Counted from the first letter of the stretch, positions 20,456 through 31,031 are shown. The stretch: DNA of 64,000 nt from Bacteroidaceae bacterium (GCA_017547165.1 JAFYQK010000001.1:95422-159421), one strand, 5' to 3'. Program-made: numbers and translations. The notes: a model not told the origin generated them from the letters alone.

Positions 20456-21532
20456 TTAAATTCGTTTTGTGCGATTGATAAGATAGTAATCCAGAATGGT
20501 CATGGCCGTCATGGCTTCCACTATGGGAACGGCACGCGGAAGCACGCATGCATCGTGGCGGCCACGGGCTTTCAGTGTGGTGGATTGTCCGTCTTCGGTT
20601 ATTGTGGGTTGTTCCATAAGGAGTGTGGCCACGGGTTTGAAGGCAACGCGGAAGTAGATGTCCTGTCCGTTTGAAATGCCTCCCTGTATGCCACCGCTAC
20701 GGTTCGTTTGGGTGGTGATGCCTCCTATACCGTCTGGAATAAAGATGTCGTTCTGTTGACTTCCTCTAAGGTTCATGCCAGAGAACCCCATGCCATATTC
20801 AAAGCCCTTCACGGCATTTATGCTGAGCATGGCATGACCAAGGGCAGCATGCAATTTGCCGAAACATGGCTCGCCAAGACCTGTGGGACAACCTTTTACT
20901 ACACATGTGATTATGCCTCCAATAGTGTCACCCTTTGCCTTCACCTCCATGATGAGGTCTGCCATGCGTTGGGCAATGTCAGGGTCGGGACATCGTACGG
21001 CATTTTCTTCGGCAAGTCCGAGGTTATAGTCCTGATATCCCCCAGGCAAGGCGATATCGCCTACCTGTGATGTGTAGGCACAAACGCTGATGCCAAGTTG
21101 CCTTAATGCCAATGTTGCAAAGGCTCCACCAACAACACGACTTATTGTTTCTCGTGCCGAGGAGCGTCCTCCTCCACGATGGTCGCGTATACCATATTTT
21201 GTAGCATAGGTATAGTCGGCATGCGATGGACGGAACACGTTGCGCATGTTCTCGTAATCGGAACTATGCTGATTGGTATTCCTTACCATGAAACCTATGG
21301 GGCAACCCGTGGTATGTCCTTCAAACACACCGCTGAGTATTTCCAGTTGGTCCTCCTCCTTGCGTGCAGTTGTAAGACGACTCTGTCCGGGGCGTCGGCG
21401 TGCCAATTCGCCCTGAATAAAATCAAGGTCCACTTCTATGCCGGCCGGCATGCCGTCAATAACGCCACCTACGGCTTCGCCATGGCTCTCACCAAAGGTG
21501 GTAAGGCGGAATATGTTGCCAAATGTGTTCAC
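20456..21532 (-). CDS. aroC: Chorismate synthase
   Basis: 358 aa. The N-terminal [11 protein letters not shown] signature is present. The start codon is GTG. Confidence 0.9.
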   Translation of the reverse strand: MNTFGNIFRLTTFGESHGEAVGGVIDGMPAGIEVDLDFIQGELARRRPGQSRLTTARKEEDQLEILSGVFEGHTTGCPIGFMVRNTNQHSSDYENMRNVFRPSHADYTYATKYGIRDHRGGGRSSARETISRVVGGAFATLALRQLGISVCAYTSQVGDIALPGGYQDYNLGLAEENAVRCPDPDIAQRMADLIMEVKAKGDTIGGIITCVVKGCPTGLGEPCFGKLHAALGHAMLSINAVKGFEYGMGFSGMNLRGSQQNDIFIPDGIGGITTQTNRSGGIQGGISNGQDIYFRVAFKPVATLLMEQPTITEDGQSTTLKARGRHDACVLPRAVPIVEAMTAMTILDYYLINRTKRI

Positions 21533-21550
21533 TTGTAAAAAATGCTTTTC

Positions 21551-22135
21551 TTAATTACAGCAACATCCTCCGTCACCGCACGAACCTCCGTCACCGCACG
21601 AACCTCCGCAATCGCCGCCTCCGCAACCGCCACATCCTCCGCAACCACCTTGACTATTCAGGTAGTCCTGGATTTCCTGGTTGGTGGCAAGACGATTCTC
21701 TGTAACACTGCCCTCAAAGGTTAGTTCCTTGCCAGCCAAGGGGTGGTTGAGGTCTACTACAACAACCTTCTCCTTTATCTCTGCTATGGTACCATTGAAA
21801 CGTTCACCATCAGCATTCATCAAGGGAACAACGGCTCCCTCATAGATATGCTCGGTATCCAATTTGCCTTCGATGAAGAAAGCTTCGAGAGGAACCTCCT
21901 GTACACCCTCGGGAATGTAGGGACCATAAGCCTCGTCTTCGGTCAGTGTGATTTTGAAATTCTCGCCAGCTTGTAATGGCTGAAGTTTGTTTTCCAAAGC
22001 TTCAAGCACCATGCCCATGCCACTGATAAACTGGAAAGGCATGTCGGGGCGAGTTTCTTCAATCATTTCTATCTTTTTCTCCTCGCCCATGGGAGCGTAG
22101 AGCTTGTACTGAACTTTAATGTTACGATTTTCCAT
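21551..22135 (-). CDS. slyD: FKBP-type peptidyl-prolyl isomerase, SlyD-like, with Cys/Gly/Asp-rich C-terminal tail
   Basis: 194 aa with an FKBP plus IF-domain-like core. The tail is GGCGGCGGCGGGDCGGSCGDGGSCGDGGCCCN. Confidence 0.8.
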   Translation of the reverse strand: MENRNIKVQYKLYAPMGEEKKIEMIEETRPDMPFQFISGMGMVLEALENKLQPLQAGENFKITLTEDEAYGPYIPEGVQEVPLEAFFIEGKLDTEHIYEGAVVPLMNADGERFNGTIAEIKEKVVVVDLNHPLAGKELTFEGSVTENRLATNQEIQDYLNSQGGCGGCGGCGGGDCGGSCGDGGSCGDGGCCCN

Positions 22136-22171
22136 TTTTATTTTGACTAATTTAGTTTATGCATTCTTGTG

Positions 22172-22179
22172 CAAATATA
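22172..22179 (-). promoter_or_regulatory. -7 promoter motif (TATATTTG on minus strand) for slyD
   Basis: The plus strand reads caaatata. Confidence 0.4.
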
Positions 22180-22284
22180 CGAAAAAACTCTCTATTCTAT
22201 ATTTTATGTTTGCCTAAAAACTCTTGATGTCATCTTTTTGAATGAAAAATAATACGCCTTCAGACAGACTTGACCAAAAAATAT

Positions 22285-22292
22285 TAACTTTG
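22285..22292 (+). promoter_or_regulatory. -7 promoter motif TAACTTTG
   Basis: Only ~8 nt upstream of the ATG at 22300, implying a very short leader. Confidence 0.35.
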
Positions 22293-22299
22293 TACCTTG

Positions 22300-23817
22300 A
22301 TGAAATATGTATTGTTACTTGTGGTTTTCCTGATGGCCACCATTTGCGAGGCAAAGATGCCTTTGTCGGAAAAGAGCCTGAATGTAGTTGCGAATAGTAG
22401 TCAATCACCCAAAAGAGAATTTCGAGGTGCTTGGATTCAGTGTGTTAATAACCAATGGACAGGTATTGGTAGAGACCGTATGCAACAGACTCTTCTCATG
22501 CAACTCGATGAGCTTAAGCGTTGTGGTATCAATGCCATCATGTTTCAGGTGCGTGCCGAGGCTGATGCTCTTTATGAGAGTCAGTACGAACCCTGGAGCC
22601 GATATCTTACCGCCGAGCAGGGTAGTGCGCCTCTGCCTTACTGGGATCCTCTTGCCTGGATGGTAGAGGAATGTCATCGCCGTGGTATGGAATGTCATGC
22701 ATGGATAAACCCATACCGTGCCAAGACTAAAGGAACTAAAAACCTTGCATCAAATCATCCTTATTTTAAGAATCCAGAGAGATTTTTCGAATACGATGGT
22801 TTGCTCCTTTTTGATCCCGGTATTCCCGAGAATTGCGAATACATCTGCACCATTGCAAAAGACATTGTTGAGAGGTACGATGTTGATGGTCTTCATATCG
22901 ACGACTATTTCTACCCCTATCCTGCCAACGGACTTCCTATTCCAGACGATGCCTCTTACGCTAAATACGGCAATGGCATGTCGCGCGATGATTGGCGCCG
23001 TGATAATGTCAATAAGTTTATCAAGCAACTGAACGAGTCGGTAAAGAGCGTTAAACCCTGGTGCAAGTTCGGTGTAAGTCCTTTCGGTATATTCCGCAAC
23101 AAGACTTCCGACCCCAATGGCTCCGATACCCGAGGATTGCAAAACTATGACGACCTATATGCCGATGTTCTCGAGTGGGTGCGCCAGGGTTGGGTTGATT
23201 ACAATATTCCCCAGATATATTGGCAGATAGGACATCCTACCGCCGACTATGAAACCCTCATAAGGTGGTGGAGCGAAAATGCTGGTGCCCGACACCTGTA
23301 TATCGGTCAGGATGTGGAACGTACCGTTAAGTACAACGATCTGCGCAATGCCAACGAGCATCAGATGCGTGCCAAGTATGACCTGCAACGCGAGTTGCCC
23401 GGAGTGGAGGGAAGTTGCCAATGGTATGCCAAAGCCGTGGTGGACAATATAGGCAACTATGCCACTATGCTCAAGAGTTCGTATCACCGTTATCCCGTTC
23501 TTGCGCCTCTTATGCCCTGGATAGACAACAAGGCTCCCAAGAAAGTGCGTAAGCCTGCCATCATAGCCACCAAGGATGGTCCTACACTCTTCTGGACAGC
23601 ACCCAAGGCCAAGACGCCTATGGATCAGGCCGCATGGTATGCCGTTTACCGCTTCCGTAAGGGTGAGAAGCAGAATCTTGATGATGCCACCAAATTGGTG
23701 CATATTACACGCAATACATTCTATAATCTGCCTGATGATGCTTTGGGGCATGTGTATGTAATCACCGCTCTCGACCACATGCAGAATGAGAGCAAGGGTG
23801 TTAAGGTAAAGTTGTAG
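22300..23817 (+). CDS. COG1649 / glycoside-hydrolase-like 10 (YngK-like) family protein, secreted
   Basis: Start chosen at the ATG at 22300 (MKYVLLLVVFLMATICEA); the ORF track begins at the TTG at 22297. It is a paralogue of 8031-9356 (EFRGAWIQ, GMECHAW, DGLHIDDYFYP). Confidence 0.7.
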   Translation: MKYVLLLVVFLMATICEAKMPLSEKSLNVVANSSQSPKREFRGAWIQCVNNQWTGIGRDRMQQTLLMQLDELKRCGINAIMFQVRAEADALYESQYEPWSRYLTAEQGSAPLPYWDPLAWMVEECHRRGMECHAWINPYRAKTKGTKNLASNHPYFKNPERFFEYDGLLLFDPGIPENCEYICTIAKDIVERYDVDGLHIDDYFYPYPANGLPIPDDASYAKYGNGMSRDDWRRDNVNKFIKQLNESVKSVKPWCKFGVSPFGIFRNKTSDPNGSDTRGLQNYDDLYADVLEWVRQGWVDYNIPQIYWQIGHPTADYETLIRWWSENAGARHLYIGQDVERTVKYNDLRNANEHQMRAKYDLQRELPGVEGSCQWYAKAVVDNIGNYATMLKSSYHRYPVLAPLMPWIDNKAPKKVRKPAIIATKDGPTLFWTAPKAKTPMDQAAWYAVYRFRKGEKQNLDDATKLVHITRNTFYNLPDDALGHVYVITALDHMQNESKGVKVKL

Positions 23818-23893
23818 ACTTTGAATCTTAACTCTTGAAAGTTTTTGGGTATTTTTTGCCAACTGCTAATAGCTAACCCCCAACCGCTATCCT

Positions 23894-26797
23894 ATGGAAA
23901 GTATAAGTATTAAAGGCGCCAGGGTCAACAACCTGAAGAACATCGATGTGGAGATACCTCGTGACAAACTGATTGTTGTTACGGGTGTTTCTGGTTCCGG
24001 CAAGTCAAGTCTTGCCTTCGATACTTTGTATGCCGAGGGACAACGCCGTTATGTGGAAAGTCTTTCCAGTTATGCACGCCAGTTCCTTGGTCGCATGGGC
24101 AAACCCGAATGTGACTATATCAAGGGCATCCCCCCTGCCATTGCCATAGAACAGAAGGTCACCAGTCGCAATCCACGCTCCACCGTTGGCACCAGCACCG
24201 AGATATACGAATACATGCGCATGCTCTTTGCCAGAGTGGGTCATACTTTCAGTCCCATCAGTGGAGACGAGGTGAAGAAGCACGGAGTGGAGGATGTCTT
24301 GCGTTGTGTTATGTCATATACGCCAGGTACGCGCTATGTTGTTCTCTCGCCTTTGCATTTGTGTAAGGAAAAGGGAACTGCTTCCCTTCAGGAATGTTTA
24401 AAAAAATATCTCCAACAAGGTTTTGTTCGTATCGAAGCAAACGGACAGATAACCACCATCGAGGAATATCTTGCCTCTGCTGATGCAAAACCTACCGATG
24501 AGGTTCATCTGGTTATCGACCGACTCTCGGTGCGCGATGACAATGACTCTATCTCACGTCTTACCGATAGTGCAGAGACGGCCTTCTATGAGGGTGGGGG
24601 AGAGATGATGCTCAGGTTCCTTCCTGCCGGCATTCTTCATAAGTTCAATTCTCGTTTCGAGGCAGATGGCATCGTCTTTCAGGAACCCACCGACCAACTA
24701 TTTGCCTTCAACTCCCCAATAGGAGCTTGTCCTGAATGCGAGGGATTTGGCAAGATTATGGGTATCGACGAGAAACTCGTTATCCCCAACTCGGCACTTT
24801 CTCTCTACGAAGGGTGTGTTCAGTGTTGGCGAGGCGAGAAGATGAGCGAGTGGAAGACATGGTTCATTCGTTTCAATTCCGAACGCGGTTTCCCCATCCA
24901 CAAACCATACTACGAACTCACTCAAACCGAGAAAGATTGGCTTTGGCATGGTAAACCCAGCGACAGGCAGGCATCGGAATGGACTCTTACTCCCGAGGAA
25001 AAGGAGTGGGGACTTATTTCCATAGATGCATTTTTTGAAATGCTCAAGGCCGGGCAATATAAGATACAGAACCGTGTTATGCTCTCGCGCTATCGCGGCA
25101 AGACAACATGTCCCAAGTGCTGGGGTCGAAGATTGCGACCCGAGGCAGAGTATGTCCGTGTTGCAGGCCGAACCATTACCGATCTGGTTGAATGGCCTAT
25201 ATCCAAACTGCTCAAATGGTTCTCTGATGAGGTTGAACAGCATTTCACCGACGATGAGAAGAAAATAGCACATCGCCTTTTGCTAGAAATACGCTCACGC
25301 CTCCAGTTCCTTGTAGATGTAGGCTTGCCCTATCTTACACTCAACCGCTTGTCAAATACCTTATCAGGTGGTGAGTCCCAGCGCATCAACCTTGCCACCT
25401 CTTTAGGCTCTGCCCTCGTAGGAAGTCTCTATATCCTTGATGAACCCTCCATCGGTCTGCACTCACGCGATACGGAGAAACTTATCAAAGTGTTGACTCA
25501 ATTGCGCAATCTGGGCAATACGGTTATTGTCGTCGAGCACGACGAGGAGATAATGCGAGCCGCCGACTGGATTATCGATGTAGGCCCCGAAGCAGGTCGC
25601 CTCGGAGGACGGATAGTCTATAACGGAAATCTCATCGCCCACCCTCTTTGTCGCCCTGAGACAGGGTGGACGAGCGAAGCGGAGGGGGTGGATAAAATCG
25701 CTCACCTCTCACCTCTCACCGCTATAAATTCCCACACTCTCGACTTCCTCACCGGCAAGGATAGCATCCCAGTCCCAGAAGGCCGTCGTCGTTGGAATAG
25801 ATACATCGAAGTTTGCGGTGCACGCGCCAATAACCTGAAGGGCATAGATGTCCGTTTCCCCCTGAATGTGATGACATGCGTTACTGGTGTCTCTGGTTCT
25901 GGCAAGTCAAGTCTTGTGCGAGATATACTCTTCAATGCACTAAAGAGGCAGTTAGACGAGGTTGGCGACCGCCCAGGCGAGTTTGCTTCCCTTCGTGGAG
26001 ATGTCTCTGCCATCCATGCCGTAGAGTTTGTCGACCAAAATCCTATAGGAAAGAGTTCGCGTTCCAATCCCGTCACCTATGTCAAAGCATGGGATGAGAT
26101 TCGTAAGCTATATGCACAACAGGCCTTGGCTCAACAGATGGGCTTCACCGCCGCCTATTTTAGTTTCAATGCCTCGGGTGGACGATGCGAGGAGTGTAAT
26201 GGCGAAGGCACCGTCACCGTCGAGATGCAATTCATGGCCGACCTTGTTCTTGAATGCGAGTCGTGCCATGGCAAGCGTTTCAAGGGAGAGGTGCTCGAGG
26301 TTCGTTTCCACGAAAAGAATGTCTTCGATATCCTTGATATGACCATAAACCAGGCCATCGAGTTCTTTACCGAGTGGAACGAAAAGAAGATAGTCAAACT
26401 CCTTAAACCCCTTCAGGATGTAGGATTGGGATACATCAAGTTGGGACAATCCAGCAGTACCCTCTCTGGTGGTGAGAATCAGCGCGTAAAGTTGGCATAC
26501 TATCTTGGTATGGACAAGCACGCTCCCACAATGTTTATCTTCGACGAACCCACCACAGGTTTGCATTTCCACGACATCAAGAAACTCCTTGCCGCCTTCG
26601 ATGCACTCATTCAGAAGGGGCATACCATAGTCATAATCGAGCACAATATGGATGTCATCAAGTGTGCCGATCATATCATCGATATCGGTCCCGAAGGTGG
26701 TGAAAAGGGTGGCAACCTCGTCGTTTGTGGCACTCCCGAAGAAGTCTCACAATGCAATCAGAGCTATACCGCCCGCTTCTTGAAAGAGAAGCTATAA
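23894..26797 (+). CDS. uvrA: Excinuclease ABC subunit A
   Basis: 967 aa with two ABC ATPase modules ([10 protein letters not shown] twice, LSGGE signatures) and zinc-finger Cys pairs. Confidence 0.9.
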   Translation: MESISIKGARVNNLKNIDVEIPRDKLIVVTGVSGSGKSSLAFDTLYAEGQRRYVESLSSYARQFLGRMGKPECDYIKGIPPAIAIEQKVTSRNPRSTVGTSTEIYEYMRMLFARVGHTFSPISGDEVKKHGVEDVLRCVMSYTPGTRYVVLSPLHLCKEKGTASLQECLKKYLQQGFVRIEANGQITTIEEYLASADAKPTDEVHLVIDRLSVRDDNDSISRLTDSAETAFYEGGGEMMLRFLPAGILHKFNSRFEADGIVFQEPTDQLFAFNSPIGACPECEGFGKIMGIDEKLVIPNSALSLYEGCVQCWRGEKMSEWKTWFIRFNSERGFPIHKPYYELTQTEKDWLWHGKPSDRQASEWTLTPEEKEWGLISIDAFFEMLKAGQYKIQNRVMLSRYRGKTTCPKCWGRRLRPEAEYVRVAGRTITDLVEWPISKLLKWFSDEVEQHFTDDEKKIAHRLLLEIRSRLQFLVDVGLPYLTLNRLSNTLSGGESQRINLATSLGSALVGSLYILDEPSIGLHSRDTEKLIKVLTQLRNLGNTVIVVEHDEEIMRAADWIIDVGPEAGRLGGRIVYNGNLIAHPLCRPETGWTSEAEGVDKIAHLSPLTAINSHTLDFLTGKDSIPVPEGRRRWNRYIEVCGARANNLKGIDVRFPLNVMTCVTGVSGSGKSSLVRDILFNALKRQLDEVGDRPGEFASLRGDVSAIHAVEFVDQNPIGKSSRSNPVTYVKAWDEIRKLYAQQALAQQMGFTAAYFSFNASGGRCEECNGEGTVTVEMQFMADLVLECESCHGKRFKGEVLEVRFHEKNVFDILDMTINQAIEFFTEWNEKKIVKLLKPLQDVGLGYIKLGQSSSTLSGGENQRVKLAYYLGMDKHAPTMFIFDEPTTGLHFHDIKKLLAAFDALIQKGHTIVIIEHNMDVIKCADHIIDIGPEGGEKGGNLVVCGTPEEVSQCNQSYTARFLKEKL

Positions 26798-26830
26798 TCC
26801 CAAATCTGCCAGAACGGTGAACGGTTAAAA

Positions 26831-26864
26831 ATAAATCCGCTGAACTAAGACTCAGCGGATTTAT
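26831..26864. terminator. Bidirectional intrinsic terminator between uvrA and the LRR gene
   Basis: ATAAATCCGCTGA / TCAGCGGATTTAT stem flanked by an A-run and T-rich sequence. Confidence 0.7.
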
Positions 26865-26893
26865 TGGTTTATAATGGGCCTAAATGTAAGGTC

Positions 26894-29554
26894 TTACTTT
26901 ATGAACTTTTTGCCATTCTGTATGTATATACCTTTCGTGGCATTCTGCACACGGCGGCCAGAGAGGTCGTAGACTGCGGTTTTCACATTTCCGTTTTCAG
27001 TTTTCACATCCTCAATTCCTGTCAGCACATCCTCGATGAAGAAGAACTCCTTCCATTGGTCGGCTGCCTGATAGGCACTCAGACTGTTCTGGGGAATCTT
27101 CAACACGCACTCCCACTTGTTGATGTCGTCCAATGCCATGCTGCCGCAGGTGGGAGGAACTTCGGCATAACTGATCAGCTTGGTCAGGTTGGTGCAATCC
27201 GAGAAGGCCTCGTCTCCTATGCTCTGCATGCCACTGCCAAAGTTGAAGTAGTCCAGATTGCTGCAACCCGAGAATGCCCAATTGCCAATCTTCTTCACGC
27301 CATCGCCCATGGTTACATTCTTCAGGTTGGTGCATCCATAGAACTCTTTGTTGTAGATTTCCTCCTCGTCCGTAATCACTATGGTACGCAGAGAGGTATT
27401 GCGATAGAAGGGGGAATAGCCACTTGAACTTGAGGTGTTGTACTTTATCTTACCACCGATGTAGACAGAATCCAAGGGACAAGAAGCGAACAAGGGAGAA
27501 GAACCATTTGAACCTAAAGTCAGTTCACTTGTGCGGTCCTCTATCACAACATCAGCCAGGCTGCTGCAATTATTAAAGGTATAGTTGCCAATGCTGGTAA
27601 CACTTGCTGGAATAGAGATTTCGGGCATACTGCATCCGCTAAAGCAATACTGACCGATAGTTTTCAAACCATTACCCAAATCAATATTAGCGAGCAATGA
27701 GTTCCCTGAGAAGCAATATCCGCCCAATAAAGTTGTTTTGTTAGGAATTGTCACTTCAGCCAGTTTAGAACAGCCATAGAAGGAGTAATCCCCAATTGAT
27801 TTGATACCTTCACCCAAGGTGATGCTTGAAAGATTGTTACATCCTCTGAATGCCTCATGGCCTATTGAAAGTGATGCATGTGCCCCTCCACCAACTAACT
27901 TGATATTAGAAACCTTCGCCTTGTCTTGACCACGGCTATTTGAATTGTCTTTAGAATATTTCACAACCAGTGTATGCGAACCGCTTCCTACTGTTTTTGT
28001 AAAAGTTCCGCTGTAGGTATCTCCGCTCTTATCTAAAATAGTAGTTCCGTCCAGTGTTACAATCAATTTGTCATAGCCAGCCTGGCTGCTTACCCACCAG
28101 TCAAAAGACAGGGTTGCTTCTCCATGTACAGTAAATGTGTAAGTTTTTGAACTGACAGAACCGTGTGCCGTATTTGTTGAAGTCCAATCGTCAAAAGTTA
28201 AAGGATCAGAAGTGTCTTCTGTGTCTTCTCCACTAACGATGTTGATTTCAGCAGTTTTTAGGTTAGTACACCCATAGAAAGCATAGTCGCCAATGCCGCA
28301 TTTAGGTGAAAGATTTAATGTCTTGACGGTTGTTTGTCCATATGCCGTATAGGGCATAACATTCTCCACACTCATAGCAATTCCTTTATAGAAAACTATC
28401 TCGTCAATGCTTATGGATGTTACGGTGCTGTCGTAGCTGCATGAGATAGCATCACATGTTCGAGCGGAAGGATTCACAGGAACATATATTATGTTATTAA
28501 CCTCAAAGTAGGAACTCAGGTATTTATATACCTTTATATTTGAAAGCTGTGTGTAGTTGTCATTAGCTACATAGTTTATAGTGCCTGCTAAATTTGCGTA
28601 TCCATTGGGAGGTGTGTTAGTCAACCAAATAACCTTGGTGGGGTTTGACTGATTAGAACCAATGGACAAGACACCTGTGCCAATAATGAGATTCTTTAAA
28701 TTACAACCACTGAAAGCATAATCCCCTATGCTCGTCACACTATTGGGGATAGTAACCGAGGTCAAACCAGAGCAATCATAGAAAGCATGAGACCCAATGA
28801 TATAATTCTCTCCCTTATATTTTTCTGGTAGTTGGAGATTTGTATCCGTACCCATATAACCATACAATGCGTATGTGTTACCATTGGGAGCAAATACATA
28901 ATTATCGATAAGTTCTGCATTATTTGCTACCACATAAGCATAATATCCAACATAACCGTAACCGCCACTTCCTTTGCTAATATTCAATTTTGAAAAATTA
29001 AGAACCTTCCTTAATGAAGAGCAACGTTCAAAAGCATAATCCCCAATGCTCGTCACACTATTACCAATAGTCACCGAGGTCAAACCAGAGCACCAATTGA
29101 AAGCAGAAGACCCTATGCTCGTCACACTATTGGGGATAGTAACCGAGGTCAAACCATCGCAATTAGAGAAAGCACCACGCTCTATGCTCGTCACACTATT
29201 GGGGATAGTCACCGAGGTCAAACCAGTGCAACCCAAGAAAGCATCCTTCCCTATGCTCGTCACACTATTGGGGATAGTAACCGAGGTCAAACGATCGCAA
29301 ACATAGAAAGCTTCATCCCCTATGCTCGTCACACTATATTCCTTTCCTGAATATCTAACAGCAGAAGGAATAACAACATTGCCATAATATTCATGGATAT
29401 AGTTTTCGGAGTATTCACCCCGATAAGTAACACTGACCTCTGTATTGGAGGTTCGGGTGTAATAAATTCCGTCCACCACAAAGTCGTGGGCGTTTGCTGT
29501 GATGCTGCACAATAGCACTGCTATCGTTGCCAGCCATGTTTTAATTGTTCTCAT
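26894..29554 (-). CDS. BspA-like leucine-rich-repeat surface protein with T9SS C-terminal sorting domain
   Basis: Start chosen at MRTIKTWLATIAVLLCSITANA. It carries many 23-aa LRRs (LTSVTIPNSVTSIG..) and a central non-LRR beta domain. The C-terminus is ..VYDLSGRRVQNATKGIYIQNGKKFIK. Confidence 0.85.
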   Translation of the reverse strand: MRTIKTWLATIAVLLCSITANAHDFVVDGIYYTRTSNTEVSVTYRGEYSENYIHEYYGNVVIPSAVRYSGKEYSVTSIGDEAFYVCDRLTSVTIPNSVTSIGKDAFLGCTGLTSVTIPNSVTSIERGAFSNCDGLTSVTIPNSVTSIGSSAFNWCSGLTSVTIGNSVTSIGDYAFERCSSLRKVLNFSKLNISKGSGGYGYVGYYAYVVANNAELIDNYVFAPNGNTYALYGYMGTDTNLQLPEKYKGENYIIGSHAFYDCSGLTSVTIPNSVTSIGDYAFSGCNLKNLIIGTGVLSIGSNQSNPTKVIWLTNTPPNGYANLAGTINYVANDNYTQLSNIKVYKYLSSYFEVNNIIYVPVNPSARTCDAISCSYDSTVTSISIDEIVFYKGIAMSVENVMPYTAYGQTTVKTLNLSPKCGIGDYAFYGCTNLKTAEINIVSGEDTEDTSDPLTFDDWTSTNTAHGSVSSKTYTFTVHGEATLSFDWWVSSQAGYDKLIVTLDGTTILDKSGDTYSGTFTKTVGSGSHTLVVKYSKDNSNSRGQDKAKVSNIKLVGGGAHASLSIGHEAFRGCNNLSSITLGEGIKSIGDYSFYGCSKLAEVTIPNKTTLLGGYCFSGNSLLANIDLGNGLKTIGQYCFSGCSMPEISIPASVTSIGNYTFNNCSSLADVVIEDRTSELTLGSNGSSPLFASCPLDSVYIGGKIKYNTSSSSGYSPFYRNTSLRTIVITDEEEIYNKEFYGCTNLKNVTMGDGVKKIGNWAFSGCSNLDYFNFGSGMQSIGDEAFSDCTNLTKLISYAEVPPTCGSMALDDINKWECVLKIPQNSLSAYQAADQWKEFFFIEDVLTGIEDVKTENGNVKTAVYDLSGRRVQNATKGIYIQNGKKFIK
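29040..29340. repeat. Near-identical 69-bp tandem repeats (about 5 copies) encoding LRR units
   Basis: atgctcgtcacacta recurs at 29046, 29115, 29184, 29253 and 29322. A dispersed copy lies at ~28722-28790. Confidence 0.9.
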
Positions 29555-29561
29555 TAGCTTG

Positions 29562-30272
29562 TTATTTAAATTGTTTATAAAGTTTGTAAATATCATGTAT
29601 GCTTTTTCCTATTCTTTCTTGATTGGAGTTGGGGAGGATGTGTTTGACACCATGGTCGTCTACGATATAGTCTATAGGGCGAATAGGCTCGGTAAGAAAT
29701 GCTGATGCTTTTGTTGTCATCAATATGTTTAGTTCCTGGTCTGTAAGATATTCCTTCAGGGTGAGCAGAAAGCCAATTTGGGTACTAATTTTGATGGCAT
29801 TTTGGTTAAGCAAATCAAGATAGTCGCATGGATGAGTTAGATCCTTCTCGCAAAACTCCCTAACGAATCTTCTTCTTGACGCTGGACTCTGACTGATCGT
29901 CCTTAAATCATACATATAGACACCTCCGATGCATTGCCCTATGCAAATCTTTATTTCTGCAAATGCACATTCAATCTGTCTTCTGAGTATTCTTTTACGA
30001 TATTGTCCAGGAATATATACCATCACAATATGGAAGAATATTGCTGCCAGATAGCTGTAAGACAGGTTTAAGATGATTTCATTTATTGCTTCATGTCTGC
30101 TTGCCGAACCCAGGGGACGCCATTCCGTTAATTGTATAGTGACGATAGCGAAAATAGAGCATAGGGCAACAATCCACTTGATATATTCTGCTACTTCTAA
30201 CGCTTTATCCCCATATTTGCGCTTTGCGAAACTTAAATTCTTCTTTATAAAAAGCAACATAATCTGCCACAA
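29562..30272 (-). CDS. Hypothetical 2-TM membrane protein with unknown cytoplasmic domain
   Basis: 236-aa ORF with a TTG start (an internal ATG lies 4 codons in). Two hydrophobic helices are present (YIKWIVALCSIFAIVTIQL and ILNLSYSYLAAIFFHIVMVYI). Its stop is 8 nt upstream of the LRR gene start. Confidence 0.5.
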   Translation of the reverse strand: MWQIMLLFIKKNLSFAKRKYGDKALEVAEYIKWIVALCSIFAIVTIQLTEWRPLGSASRHEAINEIILNLSYSYLAAIFFHIVMVYIPGQYRKRILRRQIECAFAEIKICIGQCIGGVYMYDLRTISQSPASRRRFVREFCEKDLTHPCDYLDLLNQNAIKISTQIGFLLTLKEYLTDQELNILMTTKASAFLTEPIRPIDYIVDDHGVKHILPNSNQERIGKSIHDIYKLYKQFK

Positions 30273-30355
30273 TGCCCCTTCTCCCTATATGGCCCTAATC
30301 ATGTTTCACTAACGGATATAAAAAGACGTGGGAGAAACTTCCTCGCTTATCCCAC

Positions 30356-30655
30356 TCATCTGGCCTTCGCATTGCCTTTTCCTAACGAGATAAGCAACTC
30401 AGCCAGCCCACGCCAAAGGGTATTATATATGATGTATGAACATTGTTTCCCTATGGCATAGGGTACAATATGTGCATACGGGTATAATACACCCAGCATG
30501 GACGCCTCGTTGCGGTATCTTCTGTTAGGATCAAAGTTGCGAAGTTTGATGAGTAGAAGATAACGTCCGAAAACGTCCTTTTCTGCTCCTAATGGAGCAT
30601 GTTCCAATAAGAATTGACCCACCCATCCCCTAAGGAACTGACTGAGTCGGTGCAA
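30356..30655 (-). CDS. Doubtful short ORF or gene remnant
   Basis: 99 codons with a TTG start, and an in-frame stop only 6 codons upstream. No recognisable family. Confidence 0.2.
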   Translation of the reverse strand: MHRLSQFLRGWVGQFLLEHAPLGAEKDVFGRYLLLIKLRNFDPNRRYRNEASMLGVLYPYAHIVPYAIGKQCSYIIYNTLWRGLAELLISLGKGNAKAR

Positions 30656-31031
30656 AGGTAGTGAAAAATATTATAGATAATTTAAAAAAGTTTAAGAAAA
30701 TGATTTTTCGGCATAGTTTTATCCAAATCTGCCACCCTGGAAGAAATAGTCAAGTGCAAGCAGAGCTACATAGGGTCGTTTTATGAAAGAGAAACTGTTG
30801 TCGTGAGTTGTAGAGTTGTATGTAAATATTTTTCTGATATGTTTGGATGTCAGTATCAATAATGTCTAAATGTTTGATGTTGTTGAAGAATATGAAGAGA
30901 AGCTTTTTCTGCTTGTTTGCCAAAATAGATGTGGTGTTTGTGTAAGATGTTGTATATGAGTGTAATAGCTTGCTTTTATGTGTCTTTTCAAGATAATAAC
31001 GACTATCTATTATGGTCATGGAAAAAGGTTC

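Noticed and set aside
26800-30734. 12-mer direct repeat CCAAATCTGCCA flanking the block of the LRR gene, the 2-TM gene and the possible remnant ORF, as possible att or TSD sites.
   Set aside because: I expect identical 12-mers to occur many times by chance in a 64-kb window, and no integrase or transposase is present. I kept it only as a caveat inside the islet finding.
30750-31019. 89-aa ORF (MTIIDSRYYLEKTHK..) on the minus strand.
   Set aside because: It is a low-complexity, AT-driven Lys/Thr/Tyr/Ile-rich translation that starts right after a terminator-like structure. It has no recognisable motif and is probably non-coding.
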